From assembly GCA_951406725.2 (NCBI GenBank), contig OX597817.1, positions 16,678,001-16,742,000 on the forward strand: a stretch of DNA of 64,000 bases, read 5' to 3'. The DNA comes from Octopus vulgaris. Its lineage: Eukaryota. Positions 37,590-51,582 of the stretch are shown in pieces (position 1 is the stretch's first letter; the number at the start of each line of letters is the position of its first letter). Both the position numbers and the translations under genes were made by a program. The notes under the pieces are model-generated. The model searched no databases and was not told the origin of the DNA. It saw only the letters and a program-made list of their open reading frames with translations.

Positions 37590-38615
37590 TATTCATGGGT
37601 TTCTTATAGATTAATAATCCACTTCTAGTAAATAATCACGTGGCTCCCCCTGTTGTCTACTCAAGGTAAATAATCATTGGTTTCCTTCCAATGTACCCTG
37701 ATGATTTAATCTCGAGTTTAGATATATCATCGTAAACTAAAATGTAAATGGATTGCGTATTTTTAGTTTGTTTATTTAAAGATTCTGATTAAATTTAATC
37801 TTTGCTTGAATGAGAATGGATGACAAATGGTAAACCCATATTATTTTTGCCTTTTTTTTAAATATATTCATTGGCGAGCTGTTGCATCAATCGCACCAAT
37901 ACTTAATTCAAACAAGCGGGATTTAATCTTTTTATTGCTTAAAGCAAGTTTATTGAAGTTAAGCTTGTCTATCTCCAATCTTATAAACTGCAGAATAAGA
38001 AAATTTGCTATATATTGTTATTAGATGGAAGAGAACGTTATTTGGGCGATCGTTTCTGGGGACATCTCCATGTTCTTAACCAACGTACCAGGAGCTCTCA
38101 AACACGTAACTCGTCATCTTAACTGAACGAGGCATTCTACTTAGTCTGTTGTATTCTCCAAAATTATGGTTCAAACGAGACACATCAAAGACAAAGCAGA
38201 ACATTTCATTTTTATCCTCTGGACCTCTACTCTGTGAGGTTCCAATATACGCCTCACACTATTTTGTCTTCCATCTTACTCTTTTTCAAGCTCACATCCA
38301 ATGTCCGCCTTCCTTCTATTCCTTTTATTAAGATTTTACCTAGATATAATTTGTGTAAATGACACAGCCGTCTTTACAGCATATATGCATGAGTACATAT
38401 TCTTACTCGTACGCGTGTTCGTACATGCGTCTCTGCAATAGTATATGTGTCTGTAAAGGATAGTATTTAAGAACGTATGGGTCGTAGTTTTGGCCAAATG
38501 ATATCGCCATTCTTTAGAGTTTTCTTGGGTGACTACTCACCATTACTTTTTAGGTACAGTCTAGCTTTTAGTTCCAGCTCACTTTGTCACCTTTCCTTTT
38601 CTTCCTGTGACCATT

Positions 38616-39022
38616 AGGCGCAGGAGTGGCTGTGTGATAAGTAGCTTGCTAACCAACCGCATGGTTCCGGGTTCAGTCCCACTGCGTGGCATCTTGGGCA
38701 AGTGTCTTCTGCTATAGCCCCAGGCCGACCAATGCCTTGTGAGTTGATTTGGTAGACGGAAACTGAAAGAAGCCTGTCGTATATATGTATATATGTGTAT
38801 GTGTGTGTGTCTGTGTTTGTCACCCTAGCATTGCTTGACAACCGATGCTGGTGTGTTTACGTCCCCGTCACTTAGCGGTTCGGCAAAAAGAGACCGATAG
38901 AATAAGTACTGGGCTTACAAAAAGAATAAGTCCCGGGGTCGATTTGCTCGACTAAAGGTGGTGCTCCAGCATGGCCGCAGTCAAATGACTGAAACAAGTA
39001 AAAGAGTAAAAGAGTAAAGAGT
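38616..39022 (+). mobile_element. SINE family B, full length
   Basis: AGGCGCAGGAGTGGCTGTG head to (AAAAGAGT)n tail. Confidence 0.92.
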
Positions 39023-39674
39023 TTGGCTCTACCTCTGTCTTTTCCTTCCTATCCTTCATCTTCTCTGTTTTGTTCTCCTGCCCCCCCCTCTCACGATCTA
39101 TCCCTCTAGCTTTCCCCTTCATTCATAATCATAACTATTTACTAAATTAATTAGAGGCACATTAAGTAACAGTGAATAAAATACAGGCGTGTACAATCTC
39201 GTGGGAAAACGTGTAAAAAAACAGATATCGTCTATAAGAGAATTTTTCTCTCCAGACAATTAATGCAGCGTATATCTTTTCATATTCTAGTGTACATGAA
39301 TACGGTAAATATGATTAGACACGCCTATATTTCATTCAGTTCTTCTTGGTAAGCATCTAATTAATTAATTCCAGAGCGACAAAGCATTGCATTAATCAGT
39401 AACTGTACAATCTGCTGTTTTGACATATAAAAACAACCAGTTCTTAGTGGCTATGAATGACGACTTGGTATCAGGCACAGAAGTGCATTTGTCCTACGGT
39501 CCGATAACGGCACTTATAACCCAATTGTCTTTTTTTCACTCGTATTGTCTTCAAAGGGGAGAATTTTTATCTCGGGATAATTTCTTCAGTGTATGTCTTT
39601 CTATGTCTGAGTGTACACGAACATGTTAAATATGATTTACACACCTGTATTAACTAAAGATTTTCTATGTTCTA

Positions 39675-40040
39675 TCTTTTACTTGTTTCTGTCATTGCAC
39701 TGCAACCATACTGGGGTACCAACTTGAAGGGTTTAGTCGAACAAATCGACATCAGGACTTATTTTTTAAGTCTGGTACTATTCTATCGGTCTCTTTTATC
39801 GAACCGCTAGGTTACTGGAACGTAAACAGTTATCAAGCGGTTGTGGTAGAAAAACCTACACATACACACATATATACGTCGGGCTTCTTTCAGTTTCCGT
39901 CTACCAAGTCTACTCACAATGCTTTAATCGGCCCGGTGCTCTGGAAGAAGACATTTGCCCAAGGTGCAACGCAACGGGACTGAACCCAGAACTATGTAGT
40001 TGGGAAGCAAAGCTCTTACCCCACAGTCACGCCTGCGCCT
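39675..40040 (-). mobile_element. SINE family B, diverged
   Basis: Reverse complement similarity to family B. Confidence 0.78.
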
Positions 40041-40747
40041 ATGAATGCTTTTAGTTACATACAATACTTTTTCAAAATATGGCCTTCTGAGTATGTGCGT
40101 TGTTTGTCTTACTCCATTTAGCTTCAGCTTTCTCTATCTCGATTTGAACTCCATATCTCTTTCCTGCAAGGTCTGTGGTGTTAGCTCTTTCTACCTTCTC
40201 TCTCTAATTTTAGTCTCCACTCCACCGATTCTATATCGTACTCCAAATTTTTCACCTTTTCACCGCCTCTCTTCATTTCAAATCCTTCATTTAAAAAGTG
40301 ACTATTTAAACTTCTCACTATCTCCCTCACTAACAAACGAACGGTAGTAGTGCAGAATGTTAAATACTTCACTACTCACGATTTAAATTGGATTTATTGA
40401 ACTCTTGTACAAACTCTCCTACGACAGAAAACACTGAAAAGTTCGTTGATCAGTTTCTCATGCAATATTCCAATATTACTTTAGTTGAAACCTGGGTGGG
40501 GCTGTCTTTGTTAATACTAGTTTCTAGAAATCAAATGTCATCTAGTTTTAGACACTGTATCCAATCCGTTTGGTAGCTTTTAAGCAAATTAGTTTCTATG
40601 CTTCATAAATCTGTAATTTTGAGTTTAAGCATTTGATGTTCTTTCGTAGTAAGTAACATTTTGGATGTCTAGAAATATTGTGAAAGTAATTTTAGATTCC
40701 GCAAAGGGAGTCACAAGCATTTGTTATTTTACCTCGAAGTAGGAGAG

Positions 40748-41043
40748 TGAAGGTGCGTGGCTTAGTGGTAAAGCTCACGATCATAAGGTCGTGAGCTCGA
40801 TACCTCGCGGCGCGTTGTGTCTCTGGAGCAAGAAATTTATTTCATGTCACATCAGTCCACTCAGCTGGTAAAAATAAGCAGTACCTGGATTGTTACATTC
40901 TGTGTCTCGCTGAATCTCACTGAGATCTATATTAAGATTACGCGTGTCTGTGGAGTACCCAGCCACTTGAAAGTTAATTTCACGAGCTGGCTGTCTTGTT
41001 GATCGGATCGCTGGAACCTCTGTCATCGTTAGCGACGGAGTGC
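40748..41043 (+). mobile_element. SINE family D, diverged
   Basis: GTGAAGGTGCGTGGCTTAGTGG head, CGACGGAGTGC tail. Confidence 0.78.
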
Positions 41044-42279
41044 CAGTCAAAAGTTGGAGATCAAGATGAGAAATTATTTGCTCTTCCTCGAAGCCATTCT
41101 GATGAGAATAGAAAACATTTTGGTTTCAGATTTTGGCGCCAGGCCAGCAATTTTGGGGGAGGGGTTAAGTCGATTTCATTGAATCCAGTGTTTAACCGGT
41201 ATTTGTTTTATCGACACCGAAAGGATGAAAGGCAATGTCGGCCTCGGTGGAATTTGATCTCAGAACGTAAAATGAGGATATAGAATACTGAACTTAGATA
41301 ATAAATATTTAATACGACGAGATAATATTTTCTGGAATTATTTTAAGGATCTTGTAGGATACGGAGCGGAAGTCAAATGTGCTTTTTTTCGATTCCAAAA
41401 GGGTCTAATTAGCATACACACTCCAGCTTTTATAAATTTTTACCCAAAGAAGTTTAAATTCGTAGGATCAAACAGGATTTTTCGAGAGAACCGATAATCT
41501 ATACTTGGAAGTCTCCTATGAAGTCTTTGACTGGCTAATTAGCAAAAGTTCGACCTCTTATGAAATTGCACAGAGCGAGACTTTAATTCTTAGGATCAAA
41601 AGATGGTATTCTATAGAACCGACAATTTACACTTGGAAATCGTCTTTGAACCGGTTGGTTGGCTAGCTGGTTGGTTTGAGTTCCGTTTTCAGGTTTTGAA
41701 ATGTTGAAGCATTTCAGCGACATCTGTTCGGTACTGGCAGTGAACGGTCATCTCACCACACACAATTTAACATAGCATAAATTTCAATTAGTTTGTCCCC
41801 GATTTCTGTTATGAATTTTAATGTAATTAATTAAACGTCGTTATTTGGAAAGCTGATCGATTTAGGAGTGAATTCCGCCTGGGCCTGGACACAGAATGTT
41901 ATGTGAATTCTCAATACAGTGATATGATAATAATAACGACTTCCTTGCATATTGATGTGTTTGTTGGATAGTACCTGACTATGCAAGCCCGTAAATGAGG
42001 TCAACTAATGCATTTATGGTCTGGTTGCGCGCGCACAGACACGCACACACTAATGTAGGCTTTCTTTGATCGTCTGTTTGTCTGAACGTCCGTTTTCAAA
42101 TATCCAATATTTCAAAGCAAGAAACCTGAAAATGATTTGGAGAATGGAAAATTGTGACTTTTATGCCATTTCCAAAGGTACTAAAGACGTCTATTGACAT
42201 CGAATATTTATTACTGCCACAATTTATCACAAACCTATAATTGCAGATTGTTTGAAAAGGAATAACATATTACTAATAT

Positions 42280-42280
<1 letters not shown>

Positions 42281-42318
<38 letters not shown>

Positions 42319-42613
42319 AAGACAGAAAGACAGAGAGAGAGAGAGAGAGAGAGGAGAAAGACAGAAAGTGAGAGAGAGAGAGAGAGAGAGGAGAAAGACA
42401 GAAAGTGAGAGAGAGAGAGAGAGAGAGGAGAAAGACAGAAAATGAGAGAGAGAGAGAGAGAGAGAGGAGAAAGACAGAAAGTGTGAGAGAGAGAGAGAGG
42501 AGAAAGACAGAAAGTGTGAGAGAGAGAGAGAGAGAGGAGAAAGACAGAAAGTGAGAGAGAGAGAGAGGAGAAAGACGGAAAGTGTGAGAGAGTGAGAGAG
42601 AGGAGAAAGACAG

Positions 42614-42650
<37 letters not shown>

Positions 42651-42816
42651 AGAAAGACAGAAAGTGAGAGAGAGAGAGAGGAGAAAGATAGAAAGTGTGA
42701 GAGAGAGAGAGGAGAAAGACGGAAAGTAAGAGAGAGAGAGAGAGAGATACCGAGAGAAACAGAGAGATAGAGAGGGAGAGAGAGAAAGTGAGTGAGTGAG
42801 AGAAAGAGAGAGAGAG

Positions 42817-42860
<44 letters not shown>
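42281..42860. repeat. (GA)n tract punctuated by a GGAGAAAGACAGAAAGT minisatellite unit
   Basis: Direct reading. Confidence 0.93.
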
Positions 42861-42862
<2 letters not shown>

Positions 42863-43284
42863 TATCGAATGCTGTCGCTTGTAGGTTCTTGTTAGAGACT
42901 AGATTGGCGACAGTCTTTGATCTCCACCCCCTCCCAGTAAAACCATGTAATTTATGACGCCAATGCTCTTCAGAGAGGCATGAACTTCACAGCTTCAACT
43001 TAACTCCTTCTAAACTACAGGAATTAATGGCTTGATCAAAAGAAATCCTCACATTAAAGAAAGCTGGTTAATGCTTTAGCAATCGAAGAGTCATCCGTGC
43101 GTATCGCGTTCTCGACATTGTGTTGCTCATGGGCAAATCACTCAGATTTTTGGTTACTAATTTCAGTTAACTGTAAATAAGTACCACAAGAAAGTACTGT
43201 TGACCACTGTTGTAAGCAACAACTATGTGTAATTGACGGGTGTGTTGTAAGCTAGTAGTGCTCTCCAAGCTATATTCCTTGGAA

Positions 43285-43835
43285 GGAGGCGCAATGGCCC
43301 AGTGGTTAGGGCAGCGGACTCGCGGTCATAGGATCGCGGTTTCGATTCCCAGACCGGGCGTTGTGAGTGTTTATTGAGCGAAAACACCTAAAAGCTCCAC
43401 GAGGCTCCGGCAGGGGATGGTGGTGATCCCTGCTGTACTCTTTCACCACAACTTTCTCTCACTCTTACTTCCTGTTTCTGTTGTACCTGTATTTCAAAGG
43501 GCCGGCCTTGTCACTCTCTGTGTCACGCTGAATATCCCCGAGAACTACGTTAAGGGTACTACACGTGTCTGTGGAATGCTCAGCCACTTACACGTTAATT
43601 TCACGAGCAGGCTGTTCCGTTGATTCGGATCAATCGGAACCTTCGTCGTCGTAACCGACGGAGTGCTTCCCATTGGCCTCAGAATATTAATTTTCGTGAA
43701 GATATATGTATATTTTGGTTTAATCGACAGTCTTGGGACTGGTACTCCGTCGGTTACGACGACGAGGGTTCCGGTTGATCCGATCAACGGAACAGCCTGC
43801 TCGTGAAATTAACGACGGAGTGCTTCCAATCCAAA
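43285..43835 (+). mobile_element. SINE family C with a rearranged 3' end
   Basis: TSD ATTCCTTGGAA (43274-43284, 43836-43846) encloses the SINE, foreign sequence, an inverted SINE segment and a repeated tail. Confidence 0.85.
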
Positions 43836-44167
43836 ATTCCTTGGAAAGAGAGAGAGAGGCTTCATTAAGCTGGTTTCCAGCCAAATGAATTTTATAAAAT
43901 CAAAGCCGTTAGAGATGAATGTAAGATTTAATTATTTTAGGATTCTCCAACAATATAATTAAACAATATAACTAAACAATAATGCCACAAACAATATAGA
44001 TACAATCAAAAGCATAACTAGGTTAAGGTCAAGCTGGAATTACAATTAGCAAAGCAAAATGTAATGCGGAGATTTATAAAAATATGGAACAATTAAATAC
44101 TATTTTGCTTTTTGCTAAAACACATTCCTCATCTCGCACAATTTTTTTAACGGTTCGGCCCAGTTAT

Positions 44168-44575
<408 letters not shown>

Positions 44576-44866
44576 ATTAGTTCGTATTCGTGTATATGTG
44601 TATGTTTTTGCCTATATACTCTTGTGCGCAAGTGTATTTTTTTGTACTTGCGTGGGAGGATGTGTGTGTGTTCGCACGTGATTCTAACATAACAAAAGGT
44701 CACATAATTAATTCCTTAGAACCCAGTACAATTGATAGGATTGACACAAAATAAATAAATAAATAAATAAATGAACAAACAACATATAATGTAAAAAAGC
44801 ACAGCAATATAATTGCTTTCAGAATCTATTTTTTATTTCATTCCCTGCTATAAAGAGAAGAGTTAC

Positions 44867-44931
44867 CAGTAAAAGCCATCTACCTTCGTTCCGGAAGTCA
44901 GGAAACATTTATTGAACGTTGATGTTATTTT
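44867..44931 (-). CDS. Candidate 65-nt internal coding exon (phase 0 to phase 2)
   Basis: TTACTTTACAG|AAAATAACA...TTTTACTG|GTAACT; only one open frame, KITSTFNKCFLTSGTKVDGFY(W). Confidence 0.55.
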
Positions 44932-45459
44932 CTGTAAAGTAATCTTAAAAATAATACATTCTCAATGATATATTTATTAAAATAATCACACCGCCATGTT
45001 TACTCCTTTCTGATTCTCTTGCAAGGATGGGGGAAAAAGATTTCAATATAATCCAGACCAAAATTAATTATAGAAACTGAAGTGATAGATTAATAGTAAT
45101 AATTACGTTCGTCTGCACTGAACTCCCATTAGGATAAAATTTTATTCGTCTTTCGATCGTCTGGATTAAATATTTTAAGTTCAGTCATGTACAGTTCGAT
45201 GAAATAAGTTCTGGTCGTTATATTGGTTTCAAATGTTGGCTCATGGCTAGCAAGTACGGAGGTAATTTCATTGCATCAACCTCAGTGTTCAACTGCTACT
45301 TATTTTATTAACCCCGAAATGATGAAAAGCAAAGCCGGCCCTCGGCGGAATTTGAACTCAGAACGTAAAGACGGGCGAAATGCTGCTTAGCATTTTGCCC
45401 GGCGATCTAACGATCATACCAGTTCGTCGCCTTATTTCTGCTCATTATATTACCAACAT

Positions 45460-45759
45460 GGAGGCGCAATGGCCCAGTGGTTAGGGCAGCGGACTCGCGG
45501 TCGGAGGATCGCAGTTTCGATTCCCAGACCGGGCGTTGTGTGTGTTTATTGAGCGAAAACACCTAAAAGCTCCACGAGGCTCCGGCAGGGGTGGTGATCC
45601 CTGCTGTACTCTTTCACCACTCTTTCTCCCACTTTCTTCTGTTGGCCTGCTCGCTTAGCCAGCGGGGTGGCGTCGTTCGAAGGCTAAAACAATGCGAATG
45701 CATTGTGACCAGCGATGTGTAACAACATCTGATAGTCTGGTCGGTCACGTGATCACGTG
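45460..45759 (+). mobile_element. SINE with family C head and a different 3' half ending in (TCACGTGA)2
   Basis: TSD ATATTACCAACAT (45447-45459, 45760-45772). Confidence 0.88.
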
Positions 45760-46461
45760 ATATTACCAACATATTTCGTTCCTTTTTACCTTATTGCACG
45801 GAATTTTAAAGGTAGTTACATAGCCCAGGTTTCTGCGTGTACTGACAATGAAAGACATACTTCCTCAAGGGAAGAATGTGTCCGGATCACAAAACTTCAA
45901 AAACACGTAATTTTACGTTATTTTCCGACCTGCTAGAAATTGTAGCAAAATCTCCACAAACTATATCCTACCGTCTTGAACAGGGTGGGGTACATTGGTT
46001 CGCGTAGTTCTAGATACAAGAAGTTAATAAAAATATTTGGGTTGTCCAAAGCCAGACGAAGACTGACCTAACGCTTAATAGCCACTTCTTCCTCTAAGAC
46101 ATGTTTACAGTTATCTGAATAAAGTAAGCAAAAAATTGAATGCTCTGGCCATAAACGACGCATAATGTCAGGAACAAAATACGTGTTGGTGTCTCTTTGA
46201 TTGATATGTTACTGTTATGACTAGTTGCATTGATGCGTTGATTTCTTTTGGCTACAAACCCCTATAACTTAAAGGAAAGAGTTCATTTGAAGTTGTGATG
46301 TTCATGTCCGTTTGAAGAATACTGGTGTCGTAAACGACAACAACAACAACAACAAGAGCAACAGCTTCAAGAACAACAATGATGACAACGGCTAATCGTA
46401 TGCAGCGGATTTGAATCGAAGACCCGTGAACTGGTACTTCTACATTCACTCGGCCATTCTA

Positions 46462-47021
46462 TTGGGTTGTCCGGAAAGTTCGTGCCGATTTTTAAAGGAA
46501 AGGTTAATAAATACTTGCTATTACATTTTAAATCAACCAAATATGAACCATTTTGTTGCACAATGCGTCTCCATCTTACCTTTAACTTGAAAATACCCTC
46601 TTCCCAGAATTGAGGTGATTTCATGGCAAAGAATTCATCAAGGTATCTTTTTACGTCATCCAAGGAATTGAAATTTTTACCATTAAAACTATTCTGCAGA
46701 GATCTGAATAAGTAGAAATCCGAAGGAGCAATATCTGGTGAATATGGAGGGTGGGGTAACACATCCCAGCCGAGCTGCAGCAATTTTTGTCTGGTTCCCA
46801 AAGCATCAAGTGCCGAAAATGAACTTTCTTATCTTCCATTTTAAAGGGTTACAGAATTAACACAGGTTATAGGAACATAAATCTTCTTCCACGAAAAGAT
46901 AGCTTAAACTGAGTTCTAAATGGAGGTGTAGTCAAATCCTATTGTACGGACTCAACCATGTTCTAAAATAAGTCGAAAGTTAAGCTACTATAAATCGGCA
47001 CGAACTTTCCGGACAACCCAA
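46462..47021 (-). mobile_element. Internally deleted mariner transposon
   Basis: TA|TTGGGTTGTCCGGAAAGTTCGTGCCGATTT perfect TIRs; N-terminus MEDKKVHFRHLMLW joined to C-terminus LPHPPYSPDIAPSDFYLF...W..GI.KL..RW. Confidence 0.95.
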
Positions 47022-47320
47022 TACATTGGAGCAGCGAGAGAAAGGCATGAAAGTTTTAACGCATTGTTTAAAGATGCAATGTCGCATCAGAGATTCTATA
47101 CGAGCTTCTCAAGAACTGATACCTTGGCTTTCCAGCCGGTCTTTACATCAAGCAGCGTCTAATTTACTGAGAAAATAAAATACTTTCAGAAGAGCCTAAT
47201 TTGCTGACAGGCAACATCGCACAAGATCTCATTGAATAGAACCCATTGCTTCAAACTATAACTATCATTTTTACTTTGCAGTCATTGCTTCTCTGTTATA
47301 TTAAAAAAAATCCTAAATAT

Positions 47321-47684
47321 AGGTGCAGGAGTGGCTGTGTGGTAAGTATCTTGTTTAACAACCACATGGTTCCGGGTTCAGTCCCACTGCGTGGCACCTT
47401 GGGCAAGTGTCTTCTACTATAGCCTCGGGCCGACCAAAGCCTTGTGAGTGGATTTGGTAGACGGAAACTGAAAGAAGCCCGTAGTATATATGTATATATA
47501 TATATAATGCGTGTGTGTGTTTGTCCCCCAAGCATTGCTTGACAACCGATGCTGGTGTGTTTATGTCCCCGTTACTTAGCGGTTCGGCAAAAGAGACCGA
47601 TAGAATAAGTACTGGGCTTACAAAGAATAAGTCCCGGGGTCGATTTGCTCGACTAAAGGCGCGGTGCTCCAGCATGGCCGCAGT
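47321..47684 (+). mobile_element. SINE family B
   Basis: Close match to 38616-39022. Confidence 0.9.
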
Positions 47685-47857
47685 ATGCTTCCACATCGAA
47701 ATTGAAGCCTCTCTGTTAAATATATTATAGTACATTTTTTTTCTAACAGGCTTTTTCTTCTTAGAGTACATTTCAGATCCTATATTCTTCAAATTACCAT
47801 AAATCATCACCAACGTCCAATTCCCAAATGAAAATTTTCAAGGTCAGTCTGACAAAT

Positions 47858-48077
47858 ACGCACGTACACACACACACACACGTACACACACACATAATCA
47901 CACACACACACACACACATACACACACACACGTGCACACAAACACACACACACACACACACACATACACACACACGTACACACACACACGTGCACACACA
48001 CACGTGCACACAAACACACACACACACGTGTACACACACACACACGTACACACACACACACGTACACACACACACGT

Positions 48078-48157
<80 letters not shown>

Positions 48158-48466
48158 ACACACACACACGTGCACACACACACGTGCACACAAACACACA
48201 CACACACATGTACACACACACACGTACACACACACACGTACACACACACACGTGCACACACACACGTACACACACACACGTACACACACACACGTACACA
48301 CACACACGTGCACACACACACGTGCACACAAACACACACACACACATACACACACACGTACACACACACGTACACACACACACGTGCACACACACACGTG
48401 CACACAAACACACACACACACACACACGTACACACATAATCACACACACATAATCACACACACACA
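47858..48466. repeat. Cryptic (CA)n satellite interrupted by CGTAC/CGTGCAC
   Basis: Direct reading. Confidence 0.93.
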
Positions 48467-48562
48467 TTCATTCTTTCTGTCACAGGCATACAAATACTGA
48501 CAAAAACAATACACTGACATATAAAAATGTAAACAACGTTCAATGACACAAACACATCAGCC

Positions 48563-48681
48563 ACATACATACATACATACATACATACATACATACATAC
48601 ATACATACATACATACATACATACATACATACATACATACATACATACATACACACATACATACACACATACATACACACA

Positions 48682-48715
<34 letters not shown>

Positions 48716-49001
48716 CATACATACATACACACATACATACATACATACATACATACATACATACATACATACATACATACACACATACATACACACATAC
48801 ATACACACATACATACATACATACATACATACATACATACATACATACATACATACATACATACATACATACATACATACATACATACATACATACACAC
48901 ATACATACATACATACATACATACATACATACATACATACATACATACATACATACATACATACACACATACATACATACATACATACATACACACATAC
49001 A

Positions 49002-49035
<34 letters not shown>

Positions 49036-49262
49036 CATACATACATACATACATACATACACACTACATACATACATACATACATACATACATACATACA
49101 TACATACATACATACATACATACATACATACATACACACATACATACATACATACATACATACATACATACATACATACATACATACATACATACATACA
49201 TACACACATACATACATACATACATACACACATACATACATACACACATACATACATACATA
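48563..49262. repeat. About 700-bp (TACA)n microsatellite
   Basis: Direct reading. Confidence 0.97.
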
Positions 49263-49779
49263 AACATACACAAACGCAAATACACTGACATTCACAAAAT
49301 AGTCTTGTGACAATGTTTGCTAACGTCATCTGATTCAATGCAGCTCAATAATAACAGTAACAAAAATACCACCACCGCTGCCAACACTATCCCCACCACC
49401 ACCACCACCACCAAAAACAACGTTCCTTTATTAACCCCTGAGGGTTCACAAGACCGCTGAAGATGCTGCAGGGCGATGCCGTGTGGGATTACAAGAAAGC
49501 GAACGAAAACAGAAGAATAACGGTGACAATAAATTCTAACAATGAATAATTCTTTAAAAGGAGGTAGACCTCAAAGGGCCACTCGTGGAGATCCCACAAA
49601 ACCACGGTCACCTTGACCACTAAGGGAAATGCCTTCTCCATGTTGTTCTTCAATCTACAGGCTCAGAGTAGTCTCGTTTACTCGGACCAAGTTCACTACT
49701 CTCATTTCCCTTTCAACAAATTTACAGGGAAGAAGTATTTCTCTCTCTGTTTCACTGTCCTTTTCAAGTGAAACTAGAA

Positions 49780-50620
49780 AGAGTTGATGAGAGCTTGGTC
49801 AAAGAGGACAGTATCTGTCTTCAACCCTTTCAATCAGGTCCATCACACAATCTCTTTCGGTAAGAACACCAGACAGATACACAATGCCTGTCCCTCTCGG
49901 CCAAATGAAAGCGACTGGACGATCTTCACATTGGGCTCAACTGAAAAACCAGTTTCATCTTTACATGTGGCTTCATAAGTCAGCAATGCTCCGGCGCTAG
50001 ACGAGCGCGTGCGAAACGGTTTTGTCGTTCTTCGCACTCCTCTCGGGCAGGTTCGGCTGACGGCACTTCCGTGCCTTTGGAGTTTATCTCGAACTGGCAA
50101 TGCCTACCGGTAGCACTGCGGCGAGCTGGCAGAAACGTTAGCACGTCGGGTGAAATGCTTAGCGGTATTTCGTCTGCTGTTACGTTCTGAGTTCAAATTC
50201 CACCGCGGTCGATGGGTATTTCGTCTGCCGTTACGTTGTGAGTTCAAATTCCGCCGAGGTCGACTTTGCCTTTCATCCTTTCGGGGTCGATAAATTAAGC
50301 ACCAGTTATGCACTGGGGTCGATGTAATAAACTTAATACCTATGTCTGTCCTTGTTTGTCCCTTCTGTGTTTAGCCCCTTGTGGGTAATAAAGAAATGGG
50401 TAGCACTGCCAAGCGAGGTATTTTAGGAAATTATCGATGAGCCCCAGTCTAAAAGTCCTCCAGAATAGACTTGTTAGTTGATTTTTGTCGATCTTCAGAG
50501 CCTTCCCTAAAACGTCATCGCTCTTGCTCGTCACTAATCCTCTATAAAACACCATCGTGGAATCTCCACCGAATACACTGGCGAACAAGGAGAGCGCTGT
50601 GAGCGCTTGACAGCACTCTA
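49780..50620 (-). pseudogene. L1/Tx1-like LINE ORF2 3' fragment (zf-RVT-like), interrupted by a SINE
   Basis: LFWRTF...LAWQCY[SINE]..ALPVRDKL..SRTCPR...ETVSHAL. Confidence 0.7.
50120..50398 (+). mobile_element. SINE family A inserted in the LINE fragment
   Basis: TSD GGTAGCACTGC (50109-50119, 50399-50409). Confidence 0.92.
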
Positions 50621-50671
50621 CGTGTCATGTTTCTTTGTTATAGTTGTTGGTTCGGGTGCGGAATGGGATTG

Positions 50672-50898
50672 GCTGGCAGAAACGTTAGCACGCCGGGCGA
50701 AATGCTTTGCGGTATTTCGTCTGCCGTTACGTTGTGAGTTCAATTTCCGCCGAGGTCGACTTTGCCTTTCATCCTTTCGGGGTCGATAAATTAAGCACCA
50801 GTTATGCACTGGGGTCGATGTAATCAACTTAATACCTATGTCTGTCCTTGTTTTCCCCCTCTATGTTTAGCCCCTTGTGGGTAATAAAGAAATAGGTA
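50672..50898 (+). mobile_element. SINE family A
   Basis: GCTGGCAGAAACGTTAGCACGCCGGGCG head to TAAAGAAATAGG. Confidence 0.9.
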
Positions 50899-51289
50899 TT
50901 GGTGTGTCGTTGTAGGAAAACGCTTCTTCCATCAGCTTTTTTTTTATTGCAAGAGTGTTATTTTCTCTTTTCTTTTTTCTTATTTCTTACTTTTTGCCAT
51001 TTGGTTGCTTTGTTACCTTCCCACACGACGTGTCTCAGTGGTCCAAAGTGGGGAAGGGCATTTCTTAAGGTTCATTGTCTTTTTGTCCTGTTGTTGCCGT
51101 TCAGGGGCTTTCAGTTACTGTTTATTATCATCGATGTTATGGCTGTTGCGGATGGTGTTTCTTTTATTGTTTTGGTTGTTGTTGTTTCCACTATTGCTGT
51201 TATTTGTGTTGCTGTTGCTGTTGAGCGAACGGTCCGTTCGAGCTACTCATGTTTTTACCGTTGCTGTAGTGATGGTGTCTTGTTTGTTC

Positions 51290-51582
51290 CTTCTCGAGGC
51301 ATGCCTGGCTCATAAGGGCCGGTTTCCCGGTTTCTTGGTGCATAGGTTCCCCACCTGGACAGGACGCCGGTCCGTCGCAGGTAAGCTGCAAGATGCAGGA
51401 GGAAAGAGCGAGAGAAAGTTGTGGTGAAAGAGTCAGCAGAAGTTTCGCCATTACCTTCTGCCGGAGCCGCGTGGAGCTTAGGTGTTTCGCTCATAAACAC
51501 ACACATCGTCCGGTCTGAGATTCGAACCCGCGATCCCTCGACTGCCAGTCCGCTGCTCTAACCACTAGGCCATGTGTCTTCA
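51290..51582 (-). mobile_element. SINE related to family C with another 3' tail
   Basis: tRNA-like head TGGCCTAGTGGTTAGAGCAGCGGACT...GAGCGAAACACCTAAGCTCCACG on minus strand. Confidence 0.75.

Noticed and set aside
37864-37988. Minus-strand exon after TTTTCTTATTCTGCAG
   Set aside because: Good acceptor, but its long open frame is not phase-compatible with the upstream candidate exon and has no recognisable motif
47794-49338. Long VC/HT/MYVC ORFs
   Set aside because: Translations of (CA)n and (TACA)n microsatellites
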